A stretch of DNA of 32,000 nucleotides. Origin: Candidatus Saccharimonadota bacterium. Lineage in GTDB: Bacteria; Patescibacteriota; Gracilibacteria; UBA4473. The notes beneath the pieces were generated by a model, which was not told the origin of the DNA, made no database searches, and was given only the letters and a program-made list of their open reading frames with translations. The translations under genes and the position numbers were made by a program. Positions 1-8,301 of the stretch are shown here, piece after piece (the first letter of the stretch is position 1; each line of letters starts with the position of its first letter). The DNA is taken from positions 60,001 through 92,000 of the forward strand of contig JAUIFI010000001.1 of NCBI GenBank assembly GCA_030429505.1, given 5' to 3'.

Positions 1-26
1 TAGGAGAAGTCTACTAGCTCCGAAAC

Positions 27-103
27 GGCTCGGTAGCTCAGCTGGTTAGAGCGTCGGATTCATAACCCGGAGGTCGGCAGTTCAAGTCTGCCCCGAGCCA
101 CCA
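27..103 (+). tRNA. tRNA-Met, anticodon CAT, elongator type (lysidine-modified tRNA-Ile2 not excluded)
   Basis: 77-nt cloverleaf. Acceptor GGCTCGG/CCGAGCC; D arm GCTC-AGCTGGTTA-GAGC; anticodon loop TTCATAA (CAT); T arm GGCAG-TTCAAGT-CTGCC; discriminator A; encoded CCA (101-103). G1-C72 is paired, so it is not an initiator. Confidence 0.9.
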
Positions 104-145
104 ACACAAACCTTACAAACCCTGCAAAGGTGTTTTGTGTTTTTT
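104..145 (+). terminator. putative rho-independent terminator after the tRNA
   Basis: ACACAAACCTT (104-114) pairs with AAGG (127-130) and TTTGTGT (134-140). A T5 run follows (141-145). Confidence 0.55.
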
Positions 146-252
146 GATGTATTCTCCTTACTCCAATCAAAAGAATCTTTTTATTATGTAGCTATATTCT
201 ATGTATCAATGTATAACATAATTGGCATGTTTCTACTTGTTATTTACACGAC

Positions 253-786
253 ATGAAAAAATCCAATAATTATAGTTTTGATGAAGATTATAATGTTAAA
301 ACGAGTATAGTTGTCGTCATAAGAAAGGTTGTTTTGGCCGAAATAGTATTGGCTTCTATTGCTTTTCTCTTTAATTTTTTTGTATTTTCAGGTGGAAACT
401 TAGTAGTGAAAACGAGTAGTACCTTTTATATAGGATCTTTTTTCTTAGTAATTAATCTCACAATATTTATTTGCTTGTTTCTTGGTTGGAACTACAGATA
501 TTATGTTATTTCTCAAGATGGGATAAGCTCAAATACTGGAGTTGTTTTTAGAAAAACAAAGAGCATAGACATTCCTTCCATTCGTTCAATCAGTATTAAT
601 CAAGGTTTTTTTGGCAGGATTTTCAACTATGGCACCATAGTTCTGGAAAGCCCTGTATTATCAGAAAAGTTTTATATGCATTATCTTCCAACACCTTTTA
701 GACATGCTACTTTAATTGAAAATGCAAGGGCAAAAGCCCTCAAAGACGGAAAAGTTGAAAATATTATAATTGGTACTAAGCCTTAA
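253..786 (+). CDS. membrane protein with bacterial PH domain (bPH_2 / YdbS-YdbT-like)
   Basis: 177 aa. Two N-terminal hydrophobic helices are followed by 'YYVISQDGISSNTGVVFRKTKSIDIPSIRSISINQGFFGRIFNYGTIVLES', which matches the bPH_2 (DUF304) pattern as I recall it. Confidence 0.7.
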   Translation: MKKSNNYSFDEDYNVKTSIVVVIRKVVLAEIVLASIAFLFNFFVFSGGNLVVKTSSTFYIGSFFLVINLTIFICLFLGWNYRYYVISQDGISSNTGVVFRKTKSIDIPSIRSISINQGFFGRIFNYGTIVLESPVLSEKFYMHYLPTPFRHATLIENARAKALKDGKVENIIIGTKP

Positions 787-859
787 TAATCCTGATGAAT
801 CTTAGTATTTATCAAAATGTAGGTAGAAGCCATTTAAGCCCACAATACCTGATGCTTTA

Positions 860-1483
860 TTACCGTATAATTCCTTCAGGGTAAGAGTTTTGTACGGGAT
901 AGGAATTCCTTCTTTTTCCAGGATAGAGATATCTATCAGAAGAAAAGTCAGCTCTAATTGATGGAAGACTCGGGTGCACTGACCGGATTCTTCCTGAGAA
1001 ATTATTTCTTCTTATTGTAGGAACAGCATCAAAGTTTCTTTGAGAATCGGATTCAAAAAGAGAATTTATTCCTTGATATGCTGGATTAAAGGTGCTGTAT
1101 TTTAATCTATGAATTTTATCTGCTTCTTCTGAAGTAGTTCCTTGAAAATCAGGATTAAAAGGACTCCGTTCTAGTTTTATCTCATCTAATTCCTTTGAGG
1201 TTGTTCCCTGAAAATCAGGGTTTGAAGTACTATGCTCGAGTCTTATTGCATCTAGCTCTTCAGAAGTTACTCCTTGAAATTTTGGATTGAAAGTACTGCG
1301 TTCTATTCTCTCATAATCCCATGCTTCTGATGTTTTTCCCCGAAGTACGGGGTCAAAGGTACTCTGTTCTAATCGATGCATTTTTGTTTCATAGGCTGAC
1401 GCTTGGATGGTTGTAGCTCTTAACGGAATAAAAAGAACAAAAGAAAAAACACAGGATACAAAAACGGTAAAAAGATACGTCAT
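860..1483 (-). CDS. secreted tandem-repeat protein, function unknown
   Basis: 207 aa. Hydrophobic N-terminal signal-like segment (MTYLFTVFVSCVFSFVLFIPL...ASA), then five ~22-aa repeats with consensus STFNPxFQGxTSEELDxIxLEx. Confidence 0.6.
   Translation of the reverse strand: MTYLFTVFVSCVFSFVLFIPLRATTIQASAYETKMHRLEQSTFDPVLRGKTSEAWDYERIERSTFNPKFQGVTSEELDAIRLEHSTSNPDFQGTTSKELDEIKLERSPFNPDFQGTTSEEADKIHRLKYSTFNPAYQGINSLFESDSQRNFDAVPTIRRNNFSGRIRSVHPSLPSIRADFSSDRYLYPGKRRNSYPVQNSYPEGIIR
1061..1363 (-). repeat. in-frame ~66-bp tandem repeat (5 copies) inside CDS 860..1483
   Basis: Repeat units start at aa 41, 63, 85, 107 and 130: STFDPVLRGKTSEAWDYERIER / STFNPKFQGVTSEELDAIRLEH / STSNPDFQGTTSKELDEIKLER / SPFNPDFQGTTSEEADKIHRLKY / STFNPAYQGINS. 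Confidence 0.8.
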
Positions 1484-1746
1484 GTTCTAACCATGTCTTT
1501 CTTTCATTTTTAAAGCAATTGTTTTACGTATACAGCGTTTTGTTTATCTGTTACTTTGCTACTTATTTTTTGCGATTTAAAAAGGTTTTTCTATCCCCTT
1601 ATAAGAGAATAGAAATCATCTAAAAATTTGAAGTCTTACTTTTTTCAAATCCAAAGTAAAAAATAAAATAAGTAGAAATGTTTGTGATACCAATAAAATC
1701 TTATCTCACGAAAAGTTAAACTGAGAATTATTGCTTAGCGTTATTT

Positions 1747-2400
1747 TTACTCTGGCTGTATTTCTACTAAAACCTCACTCAAACTTACTAGGGGAAAAGT
1801 AAGTGGGGGATGGTAATAAGCCATAATCACCTCGTCTTTGAATAAAATATTGTCTGCTTCAAGCCTTTTTTTGAGCTGATTCTGTTTACTTTTCACCCGA
1901 CTTTGCCACCGCCAACCACGAAAAGGAAGGACTGCAAAAGTTCCTCCCGGAACTTCACGAATAGTAACATTCTTATTAACTGGAGTTGGTAATGATTCCA
2001 GAGAATATTGAGCTGGCATCACAAAGGCTATACTTCGTTGATCTTCTTTTTCTTGGTCAAATACAGGAGTCGTCATCGCAATCTTCTCAGACGAAGGTTG
2101 ATCCAAAACAGGTGTCGTCATGGCAATGCTTTCCTTCGATTCATTATTACCAAAGATGTAATCAGCCACCACCCGAAAACCCTGATTCATCCCTTCTTTA
2201 TATTTTGCATCAGCAGTAGTTTCCGCAATGATATAAGGATCATACTTCCTGATTTCATACCCATTTTTTTGTTCCAAAACAGTATATGACAATCGTTCGA
2301 CATTTCGGACGAAAAGAATACTGGCAATAATCCATATGAGAATAAGACCAATAATAACAGCGAAACTAATCAACATTTTGGAAGGAAATTTTTTAATCAT
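1747..2400 (-). CDS. SOUL heme-binding-family protein with N-terminal membrane anchor
   Basis: I start at the internal ATG at 2400 (MIKKFPSKMLISFAVIIGLILIW...), giving 218 aa. The longer tracked ORF runs through the divergent neighbour. Motifs: 'YEIRKYDPYIIAET', 'GFRVVADYIFGNN', and a duplicated 'IAMTTPV'. Confidence 0.7.
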   Translation of the reverse strand: MIKKFPSKMLISFAVIIGLILIWIIASILFVRNVERLSYTVLEQKNGYEIRKYDPYIIAETTADAKYKEGMNQGFRVVADYIFGNNESKESIAMTTPVLDQPSSEKIAMTTPVFDQEKEDQRSIAFVMPAQYSLESLPTPVNKNVTIREVPGGTFAVLPFRGWRWQSRVKSKQNQLKKRLEADNILFKDEVIMAYYHPPLTFPLVSLSEVLVEIQPE

Positions 2401-2491
2401 ACAAGAAGTATAGTTTACAAAAGTTTTATTACCACCAGAGCTTTCCTTTTTCCAAAATATTTGTAGACTGCCGGTGTTTAAAATACTTGAT

Positions 2492-2998
2492 ATGAACTGG
2501 TGGCAGAAAATGCAATCGCTTTTTACCAACACACCCTCAAAAAAAGGTTGCCAAGAAGCATGTCCCGGATGTGCATGTAAAAAGCAACGTGATCTAAGCT
2601 TATCCTTAAGCGAAAAAGACACGCAAGTTCTACACACTATTGATCGTTTAGTAATGGTCGGAAAAGTCCTGGAAGTTGCGCCACATCCCGATCCCAAAAT
2701 GACGAAAGTTAGAGTATCTCAAGTCGATCTTGGAAATGGAAAAACCGAACAGATTTTGTGTGGAGGTATAAATCTAAAAGCCGGACAAATCGTGCCGGTT
2801 GCCACTGTCGGAGCAAAATTAGGCGAAGATTTTACCATCGGCGTACGAGATATCCGAGGAGTAGAGAGTCGAGGCATGATCTGTGCTCGATCGGAACTCG
2901 GTCTAAATCCCTCTGGCGAACAAAAAGGAGAAATCTGGGTTTTACCAGAAAATTTTGAGACAGTTCTGGGAACTTCTTTGAACAAGCTTGCTTCATGA
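2492..2998 (+). CDS. stand-alone tRNA-binding OB-fold protein (Trbp111/CsaA/PheT-B1-like) with Cys-rich N-terminal extension
   Basis: 'VMVGKVLEVAPHPDPKMTKVRVSQVDLGNGKTEQILCGGINLKAGQIVPVATVGAKL...IRGVESRGMICARSELGL' is a canonical tRNA_bind domain. The N-terminus carries C-x3-C-x2-C-x-C (GCQEACPGCAC). The start is uncertain: ATG 2492 or 2510, while the tracked ORF starts at GTG 2474. The stop overlaps the pheT ATG (ATGA at 2995-2998). Confidence 0.7.
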   Translation: MNWWQKMQSLFTNTPSKKGCQEACPGCACKKQRDLSLSLSEKDTQVLHTIDRLVMVGKVLEVAPHPDPKMTKVRVSQVDLGNGKTEQILCGGINLKAGQIVPVATVGAKLGEDFTIGVRDIRGVESRGMICARSELGLNPSGEQKGEIWVLPENFETVLGTSLNKLAS

Positions 2999-5373
2999 AA
3001 ATTTCTCTACAATGGCTTCAAGAATTCGTCGATCTCGAGGGACTCAGTGCTGATGAGATTGGAAAAAAGCTAACACTTCATACCTGCGAACTTGAGGAGA
3101 TCATAGAACAAAAACCATATTTTTCTCATGTATTTTTCGGAAAACTTGAACACGTCAAAAAACACCCCACAGCTGATAATTTATATGTCGGACAATTCGA
3201 TCTCGGAAAGAAAGGAAAAAAGCAAATTGTCTTTGGTTCAGTGCATACTCTCCACGAAGGTGATATCGTTCCCCTAGCTCTCAACGGGGCAGAGCTTCTT
3301 TCAGGAATGCATATCCAAGATACCGTCATTCGAGGTGAAAAAAGCCAAGGCATGGTCTGTGACAATTCCGAGCTTGGTATGAAAAATCAAGGTCTTATGA
3401 GATTTCGGGAAGATACATACAAAGGAAAGTTGTTATCTGAAGTATGTGAAGCTTTTCACGATGTACTATTCGATATAGACAATAAAAGCTTAACCCATAG
3501 ACCAGACCTGATGGGACATACGGGATTTGCTCGAGAACTAGCAGCTATCTTCGGACGAAAAAAAGACATTGAATCTCCTCAAATTTCCTTTTCTACCAAA
3601 GGAACCCCATTTCCAGTCAAGATTGAGACGCCTTGCTGTCGCCGAGCCTGCTTCCTCAAACTTTCTAATATTAAAGTCGAACCATCTGATCTCACGACTC
3701 AAATTCGTTTGGAAAACTTAGGAACCAGAGCTATCTCCAACATTGTTGACGTCACGAATCTTGTACTCATTGGTATGGGACAACCTATGCATGCCTTTGA
3801 TGCAGCCAAAGTCGAGGGGAAAATTATTATCAGGCAAGCAAAAAAAGGTGAAAAACTAATAGCTTTAGACGGCAATGAATATGAGTTAACAAGTGAAGAT
3901 ACGGTGGTTGCTGATGAGAAAAAAGCACTCTCTCTCGCTGGTATCATGGGAGGAGAATATTCAAGTGTCACCGAAAACACTACAGAAATTATCCTCGAAT
4001 CAGCCAACTGGGATCCCGTAGCTGTCCGAAAGACTTCAGCGAGACTTGGGATTCGCTCGGAAAGTTCTATGCGATATGAAAAATCATTGGACCCAGAGCA
4101 ATGCCTATTCGCAATGAAGAAAGCTGTAAAATATATTCAGACCTTCTGTCCTCATTCTAAAATTTCAGATCCTCTCACAGACATCTATCCCCAGAAACCT
4201 CAAAAGCTAACCATTTCCCTTGATCCAAATCAAGTGAGATTACTATCTGGAGTCAATATCACGGACCAAAACATCAAAAAAATCCTTGAATCCATAGACT
4301 TCGAAGTTCAAGCAAAAGGGAAAAAGTTCGACGTCCAGGTTCCAAGTTTTCGCGCTACCAAAGATGTCAGTATCGCTGAAGACCTCATCGAAGAAGTCGT
4401 GCGTTTATATGGTTTTGATCAGATTCCATCTGCCCTTCCCATTCTTTCCACCACGCCACCAAAAGAAAATAGACTCCGAAGTCTTGAATGGACGACTCGT
4501 GATTTTTTTGCCGGAAACTTTTTTCTCGAAGTTTTTCAGTATTCCTTTGTGAACAGCGAAGACAAATTTCTGACCCAGCAAAAAAACTACGTCGATATTC
4601 AAAACCCCTTATCAGAAGAACAGGCACACCTCAGAGTTACCCTTCTCTCCAATTTCCTCAAAAATATCGAATCAGAATTACGAACGCATCGAAATGTAAA
4701 CCTTTTTGAAATCGGAAAAATATATCAAAAATCCGCAAAAACACTCCCTCATGAAGTCTTGCACTTGGGTGTTTTTTCCGCCTCGATTGGAGGTAGTGAG
4801 AATGAGAAATTTTTTGAATTAAAAAAACATGTCACTCGATTTCTACATACTCTCCACCTCACTCCAGAATTCATTCCTTCCAAATATGTAAAACCATATG
4901 CTCACCCAGCAAAAAGTGCAGATATTGTGATGGAGAAAGAAGCCATTGGAGAAATATTTGTTCTCCATCCTTCTCAAAATAATATCAAAAAATCTATCAT
5001 TGCTTTTGCAGAGATCAATATGGAAGCGTTGTTGAAACAAATACAGTTGATAGATGTCCAATATAACAAAATATCTGCCTTCCCGAGCGTCCATCGTGAC
5101 TTGTCCGTCGTCGTTGACCACAAAGTTCTGATGGGAGACCTAGAAAAATCTATGAAAAAAGCCTCATCAACCTTAACCAAGGTAGAACTTTTTGATGAAT
5201 TTTACGATGAAAAAAAACTCGGAAAAAATCTCAAAAACCTCGCCTTTCATCTTGAATTTCGTTCTCACGAAAAGACCCTTGACGATAAGACAATTGATCG
5301 GGAATTTCAGTCTATTGTTAAAAAGTTAGGACAAGAATGGAAAGCAAAACTGAGACTGGAATTTGACCAATAA
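2995..5373 (+). CDS. pheT: phenylalanine--tRNA ligase beta subunit
   Basis: 792 aa. N-terminal 'MKISLQWLQEFVDL' plus its own tRNA-binding OB domain. B3_4/B5-type middle region ('THRPDLMGHTGFARELAA', 'NIVDVTNLVLIGMGQPMHAFD'). C-terminal FDX-ACB-like 'FPSVHRDLSVVVD'. Confidence 0.93.
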   Translation: MKISLQWLQEFVDLEGLSADEIGKKLTLHTCELEEIIEQKPYFSHVFFGKLEHVKKHPTADNLYVGQFDLGKKGKKQIVFGSVHTLHEGDIVPLALNGAELLSGMHIQDTVIRGEKSQGMVCDNSELGMKNQGLMRFREDTYKGKLLSEVCEAFHDVLFDIDNKSLTHRPDLMGHTGFARELAAIFGRKKDIESPQISFSTKGTPFPVKIETPCCRRACFLKLSNIKVEPSDLTTQIRLENLGTRAISNIVDVTNLVLIGMGQPMHAFDAAKVEGKIIIRQAKKGEKLIALDGNEYELTSEDTVVADEKKALSLAGIMGGEYSSVTENTTEIILESANWDPVAVRKTSARLGIRSESSMRYEKSLDPEQCLFAMKKAVKYIQTFCPHSKISDPLTDIYPQKPQKLTISLDPNQVRLLSGVNITDQNIKKILESIDFEVQAKGKKFDVQVPSFRATKDVSIAEDLIEEVVRLYGFDQIPSALPILSTTPPKENRLRSLEWTTRDFFAGNFFLEVFQYSFVNSEDKFLTQQKNYVDIQNPLSEEQAHLRVTLLSNFLKNIESELRTHRNVNLFEIGKIYQKSAKTLPHEVLHLGVFSASIGGSENEKFFELKKHVTRFLHTLHLTPEFIPSKYVKPYAHPAKSADIVMEKEAIGEIFVLHPSQNNIKKSIIAFAEINMEALLKQIQLIDVQYNKISAFPSVHRDLSVVVDHKVLMGDLEKSMKKASSTLTKVELFDEFYDEKKLGKNLKNLAFHLEFRSHEKTLDDKTIDREFQSIVKKLGQEWKAKLRLEFDQ

Positions 5374-5396
5374 AAATAATATTGTATAACAAGAGC

Positions 5397-5591
5397 ATGG
5401 AAGACCCTAAAAAGAAAAAAAACAGTCTAGTCACCGGGATGATCGTCGGAGGAGCGGTTGGATCCGTTCTGTCTATGCTTTTTTCCAATAAAAAAAATCG
5501 TGAAGCTACCAAAAAATTCTCCAAAAAAGTCTGGAAGCAAGGAAAATCTTTAGCCGAAGACTTTTTGGAGAAATACAAAAAGGATAAGTAA
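5397..5591 (+). CDS. YtxH-like small membrane-associated protein
   Basis: 64 aa from ATG 5397 (the tracked ORF starts at TTG 5382). Gly-zipper helix 'VTGMIVGGAVGSVLSMLF' followed by a lysine-rich tail, as in YtxH-family proteins. Confidence 0.45.
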   Translation: MEDPKKKKNSLVTGMIVGGAVGSVLSMLFSNKKNREATKKFSKKVWKQGKSLAEDFLEKYKKDK

Positions 5592-5596
5592 CTACC

Positions 5597-6595
5597 TTAC
5601 TTTTCTTCTGGAAAAATTTTTTTTCTCAAATCTTCATGTTGAAGCAGAAAGGGGATGATCCCTTGTCCGGCGAGGGAATTTCCAGCCATGAGAAGTTCGA
5701 AAACCGCCTCGGGAGGGACAATAGCTTTGACCATGGTTTCTTCGGCTTCTAGTTTTTGGGCGTCAAAATCTGCAACAGTACCGCCCCGAGTATAAAAATA
5801 AGTAAAACGAGTCGCTTGTCGATCCGGCTCTTTTCCTGTCGCACCAAGTTCACGGACTTCCTGAATCGCATTGAGAGACAGTCCTGTTTCTTCACGAACT
5901 TCTCGTAAAGCGGCTTTCTGAGCTGATTCTCCTTTATCTATACGCCCTCCGGGAGTTTCTACAATACATTCATTAGGTCGGCCAGCCTTAACAGCAAAAA
6001 TCAATACAAATCGTCCATCATCCAATTCATGTAAAGTAAAGACAGAATCAATGCCTTTAATAATATCCCACTCAAGCTCTTCTCCAGAAGGAAAATGTAA
6101 CGTTTGCGTAGCCATAGGAAAATATTTACTAGGTCTATAAGGTTCTTCCTTCATCAGTTGTATTGGACGAAGACCAGACAAATCCACCTCAATATCATAC
6201 TTATTGAGAACAGATAATATTTCTGGAGATATGTAGGGGAGTTTCGGCGCTTCAGTTATCGCATTCACTAGAGCATAGGTTTCATCTACGAGATCAGCAA
6301 GGGAAGATTCTCCTTCCGGAGAAGTAAGTAATTTCTGAGAGATAATTCTCTCAATGGCTGAACGGTACATGTAATAAACCCCAAAAAGCTCCATAAAATC
6401 AGAATCAAACCCAACCGATTTAAGTTTTGAATTATTACGCCACTCATTCATCGGAATGTTATTTTTTGTCAAAAAAGCCTCACAATCCTTGAATTTTTCA
6501 ATATGAGACTGAAAAACCGTACGTAAAAAAAAGCTTTCCAGCTCATTTTTTTGCTGATTTGAGCCAGATTGTGACTCTGAAAGCTTATCGTTCAT
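5597..6595 (-). CDS. Nudix hydrolase with ~170-aa N-terminal region of unknown function
   Basis: Exact Nudix box 'GRIDKGESAQKAALREVREETGL' (G-x5-E-x7-REVxEExGL) in the C-terminal half. I recognise no motif in the N-terminal half. Confidence 0.8.
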   Translation of the reverse strand: MNDKLSESQSGSNQQKNELESFFLRTVFQSHIEKFKDCEAFLTKNNIPMNEWRNNSKLKSVGFDSDFMELFGVYYMYRSAIERIISQKLLTSPEGESSLADLVDETYALVNAITEAPKLPYISPEILSVLNKYDIEVDLSGLRPIQLMKEEPYRPSKYFPMATQTLHFPSGEELEWDIIKGIDSVFTLHELDDGRFVLIFAVKAGRPNECIVETPGGRIDKGESAQKAALREVREETGLSLNAIQEVRELGATGKEPDRQATRFTYFYTRGGTVADFDAQKLEAEETMVKAIVPPEAVFELLMAGNSLAGQGIIPFLLQHEDLRKKIFPEEK

Positions 6596-6731
6596 GGAAT
6601 AAAATTATATTAATTTTAAAATAAAAAAGCACAAAAGTCAAATGAGTATTAATATATTTAAAATTGCAAGAGGTCGAACTTGAACAGGATCATATTGCCT
6701 CAAAACACCTTTTCCCCTACAGTCAGGTTCG

Positions 6732-8027
6732 ATGTTTGTCGATGAAGTCAAAATATCGGTGACGGCGGGAAAAGGAGGAGATGGATGTGTGAGTTTCCGT
6801 CGAGAAAAATACGTTCCCAAAGGTGGACCCGATGGAGGAAATGGTGGAAAAGGTGGAAATATCATCTTTCAAGCTGTTGATAATATTCATACTCTCTATG
6901 ATTTTCGTTCAACAAAAAACTACAAAGCTGATAAAGGAAGACCAGGACAGGGAAATAATCGTAATGGACATTACGGAGCAGACCTCATACTCAAAGTTCC
7001 CATTGGCACACAAATCAGAAACGCTGACACAGGAAAAGTTTTTGCCGATCTTGCTCGAAAAAATGAAAAAATAACTATCGCCCAAGGTGGACGAGGTGGA
7101 AAAGGTAATGCTGGCTTTGTCAGTTCCATCCGACAAGCTCCAGACTTTGCCGAAAAAGGAGATATCGGAGAGTCATTTAATCTGGAATTAGAACTCAAAC
7201 TTGTCGCCGACGTTGCCTTAGTCGGCTATCCGAGCGTAGGAAAATCTACTTTTATTTCCGTAGTTTCTAATGCCAAACCAAAAGTTGCCGAATATCACTT
7301 CACCACGTTGGTTCCTAATCTAGGCGTCGCCAAAGTTGATAACCAAGAAATTATCTTTGTCGATGTCCCAGGGCTTATTGAAGGAGCGAGTGAGGGGAAA
7401 GGGCTCGGACATACATTTCTCCGACATATCGAACGAGCTCGATTTGTTTTACACTTGATTGATGTTACATCTAACACCCCGCTTCAAGATTTCGAAGTCA
7501 TCCGTTCAGAACTCAAAAAGTTCTCGAGAGTCTTGGAGCAAAAACCTTTCTTGCCTGTCTTTACCAAAATAGACCTGACAGACAATGAATTAGAAGAATT
7601 TTTGATGAGCGAATTTGAAAAAGAATATAAACTTAAGCCTTATAAAGTTTCAGCCGCTACTCATGAAGGTATTGAAGGTTTATTAAGGTATATTCTCTCA
7701 CAGCTACCAGAGAGAGAGGAGGAAATAGAAGTGCTGGAAGTAGCTTCAGAAGAAGATACTGAAAAAGAAGTCTTGTTCCAACCTGCAAAAATAAAATCTA
7801 AATCCGAGAAAGATGTCGAAATCATTAAATCAACTCACTGGTGGGAACTTAAAAACGAACGCTTAGAACAAATGGTACGCCAAACCGAAATCGAAAAAGA
7901 ATCCGCCCGAGAACGTATATACGATGTCCTCAAAAAATGGCATGTTCTAAAAAAACTAACTGCCAAAGGAGCAATTCCGGGGGATAAGATAAAAATAGGA
8001 GAACATTTTTGGGAATTTCGAGGATAA
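6732..8027 (+). CDS. obg: GTPase Obg/CgtA
   Basis: 431 aa. Glycine-rich Obg fold 'MFVDEVKISVTAGKGGDGCVSFRREKYVPKGGPDGGNGGKGGN'. G1 'GYPSVGKST', G3 'DVPGLIEGA'. C-terminal OCT-like extension. Confidence 0.95.
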   Translation: MFVDEVKISVTAGKGGDGCVSFRREKYVPKGGPDGGNGGKGGNIIFQAVDNIHTLYDFRSTKNYKADKGRPGQGNNRNGHYGADLILKVPIGTQIRNADTGKVFADLARKNEKITIAQGGRGGKGNAGFVSSIRQAPDFAEKGDIGESFNLELELKLVADVALVGYPSVGKSTFISVVSNAKPKVAEYHFTTLVPNLGVAKVDNQEIIFVDVPGLIEGASEGKGLGHTFLRHIERARFVLHLIDVTSNTPLQDFEVIRSELKKFSRVLEQKPFLPVFTKIDLTDNELEEFLMSEFEKEYKLKPYKVSAATHEGIEGLLRYILSQLPEREEEIEVLEVASEEDTEKEVLFQPAKIKSKSEKDVEIIKSTHWWELKNERLEQMVRQTEIEKESARERIYDVLKKWHVLKKLTAKGAIPGDKIKIGEHFWEFRG

Positions 8028-8040
8028 TGTATAAAAAAAC

Positions 8041-8192
8041 TTGACAATATAGTATTTATAATTTATTTTAGAAAAAGTTCTTTGTGGTGATCGTTGCAAA
8101 CCTTGTGTTACACCCCCGCCTTTGTTTAGGGGAAGTTCCACATACAGCTGTAGGTTTTGCTTCGCGCCTCGAGGGACAACGGATAACCACAT
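8041..8192 (+). promoter_or_regulatory. promoter plus ~110-nt nested-helix RNA (candidate riboswitch aptamer, class unassigned)
   Basis: TTGACA (8041-8046), 17-nt spacer, TATTTT (8064-8069). P1 pairs 8084-8096 with 8177-8190. P2 pairs 8097-8103 with 8152-8159. P3 hairpin spans 8104-8142 (TGTG/CACA and CCCC/GGGG). An unpaired CG-rich segment lies at 8160-8176. Confidence 0.45.
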
Positions 8193-8193
8193 A

Positions 8194-8240
8194 GTCCTGA
8201 TTATTGCACAGTCATTATTGCATAGTCAGGACATTTTTTT
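8194..8240 (+). terminator. intrinsic terminator between the structured RNA and the DHFR-family gene
   Basis: GTCCTGA (8194-8200) pairs with TCAGGAC (8226-8232), with further inner pairing (TAT/ATA, GCA/TGC). A T7 run follows (8234-8240). The T.G pair 8201/8225 works only on the + strand. Confidence 0.7.
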
Positions 8241-8301
8241 ATAGATTGAAGATAAAAATTGATTTGAATCTTTCTTTCTGGCATCTTGAAACTAACTTGG
8301 A

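Noticed and set aside
2401-2697. N-terminal 99-aa extension of the tracked ORF 1747..2697
   Set aside because: It overlaps the divergent tRNA-binding gene and is Cys/Arg-rich with low complexity. The SOUL-family homology and membrane anchor begin at the internal ATG at 2400.
3126-5180. Numerous 60-100-aa ORFs inside or antisense to pheT; similar ones occur within obg, the ATPase, recA, recG, the M16 peptidase and VIT1
   Set aside because: They are fully nested in well-supported long genes, with low-complexity or odd composition and no independent translation signals. They are typical shadow ORFs.
8084-8192. Assignment of the structured RNA to the THF-I, ZTP or ykkC (guanidine/PRPP) riboswitch families
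   Set aside because: Only loose resemblances are present: a GGUGAU...GGAUAACC closing stem, UAGGGGAAGUUCC and GGGACAA. The diagnostic cores I remember are absent, so I cannot decide without a covariance-model search.
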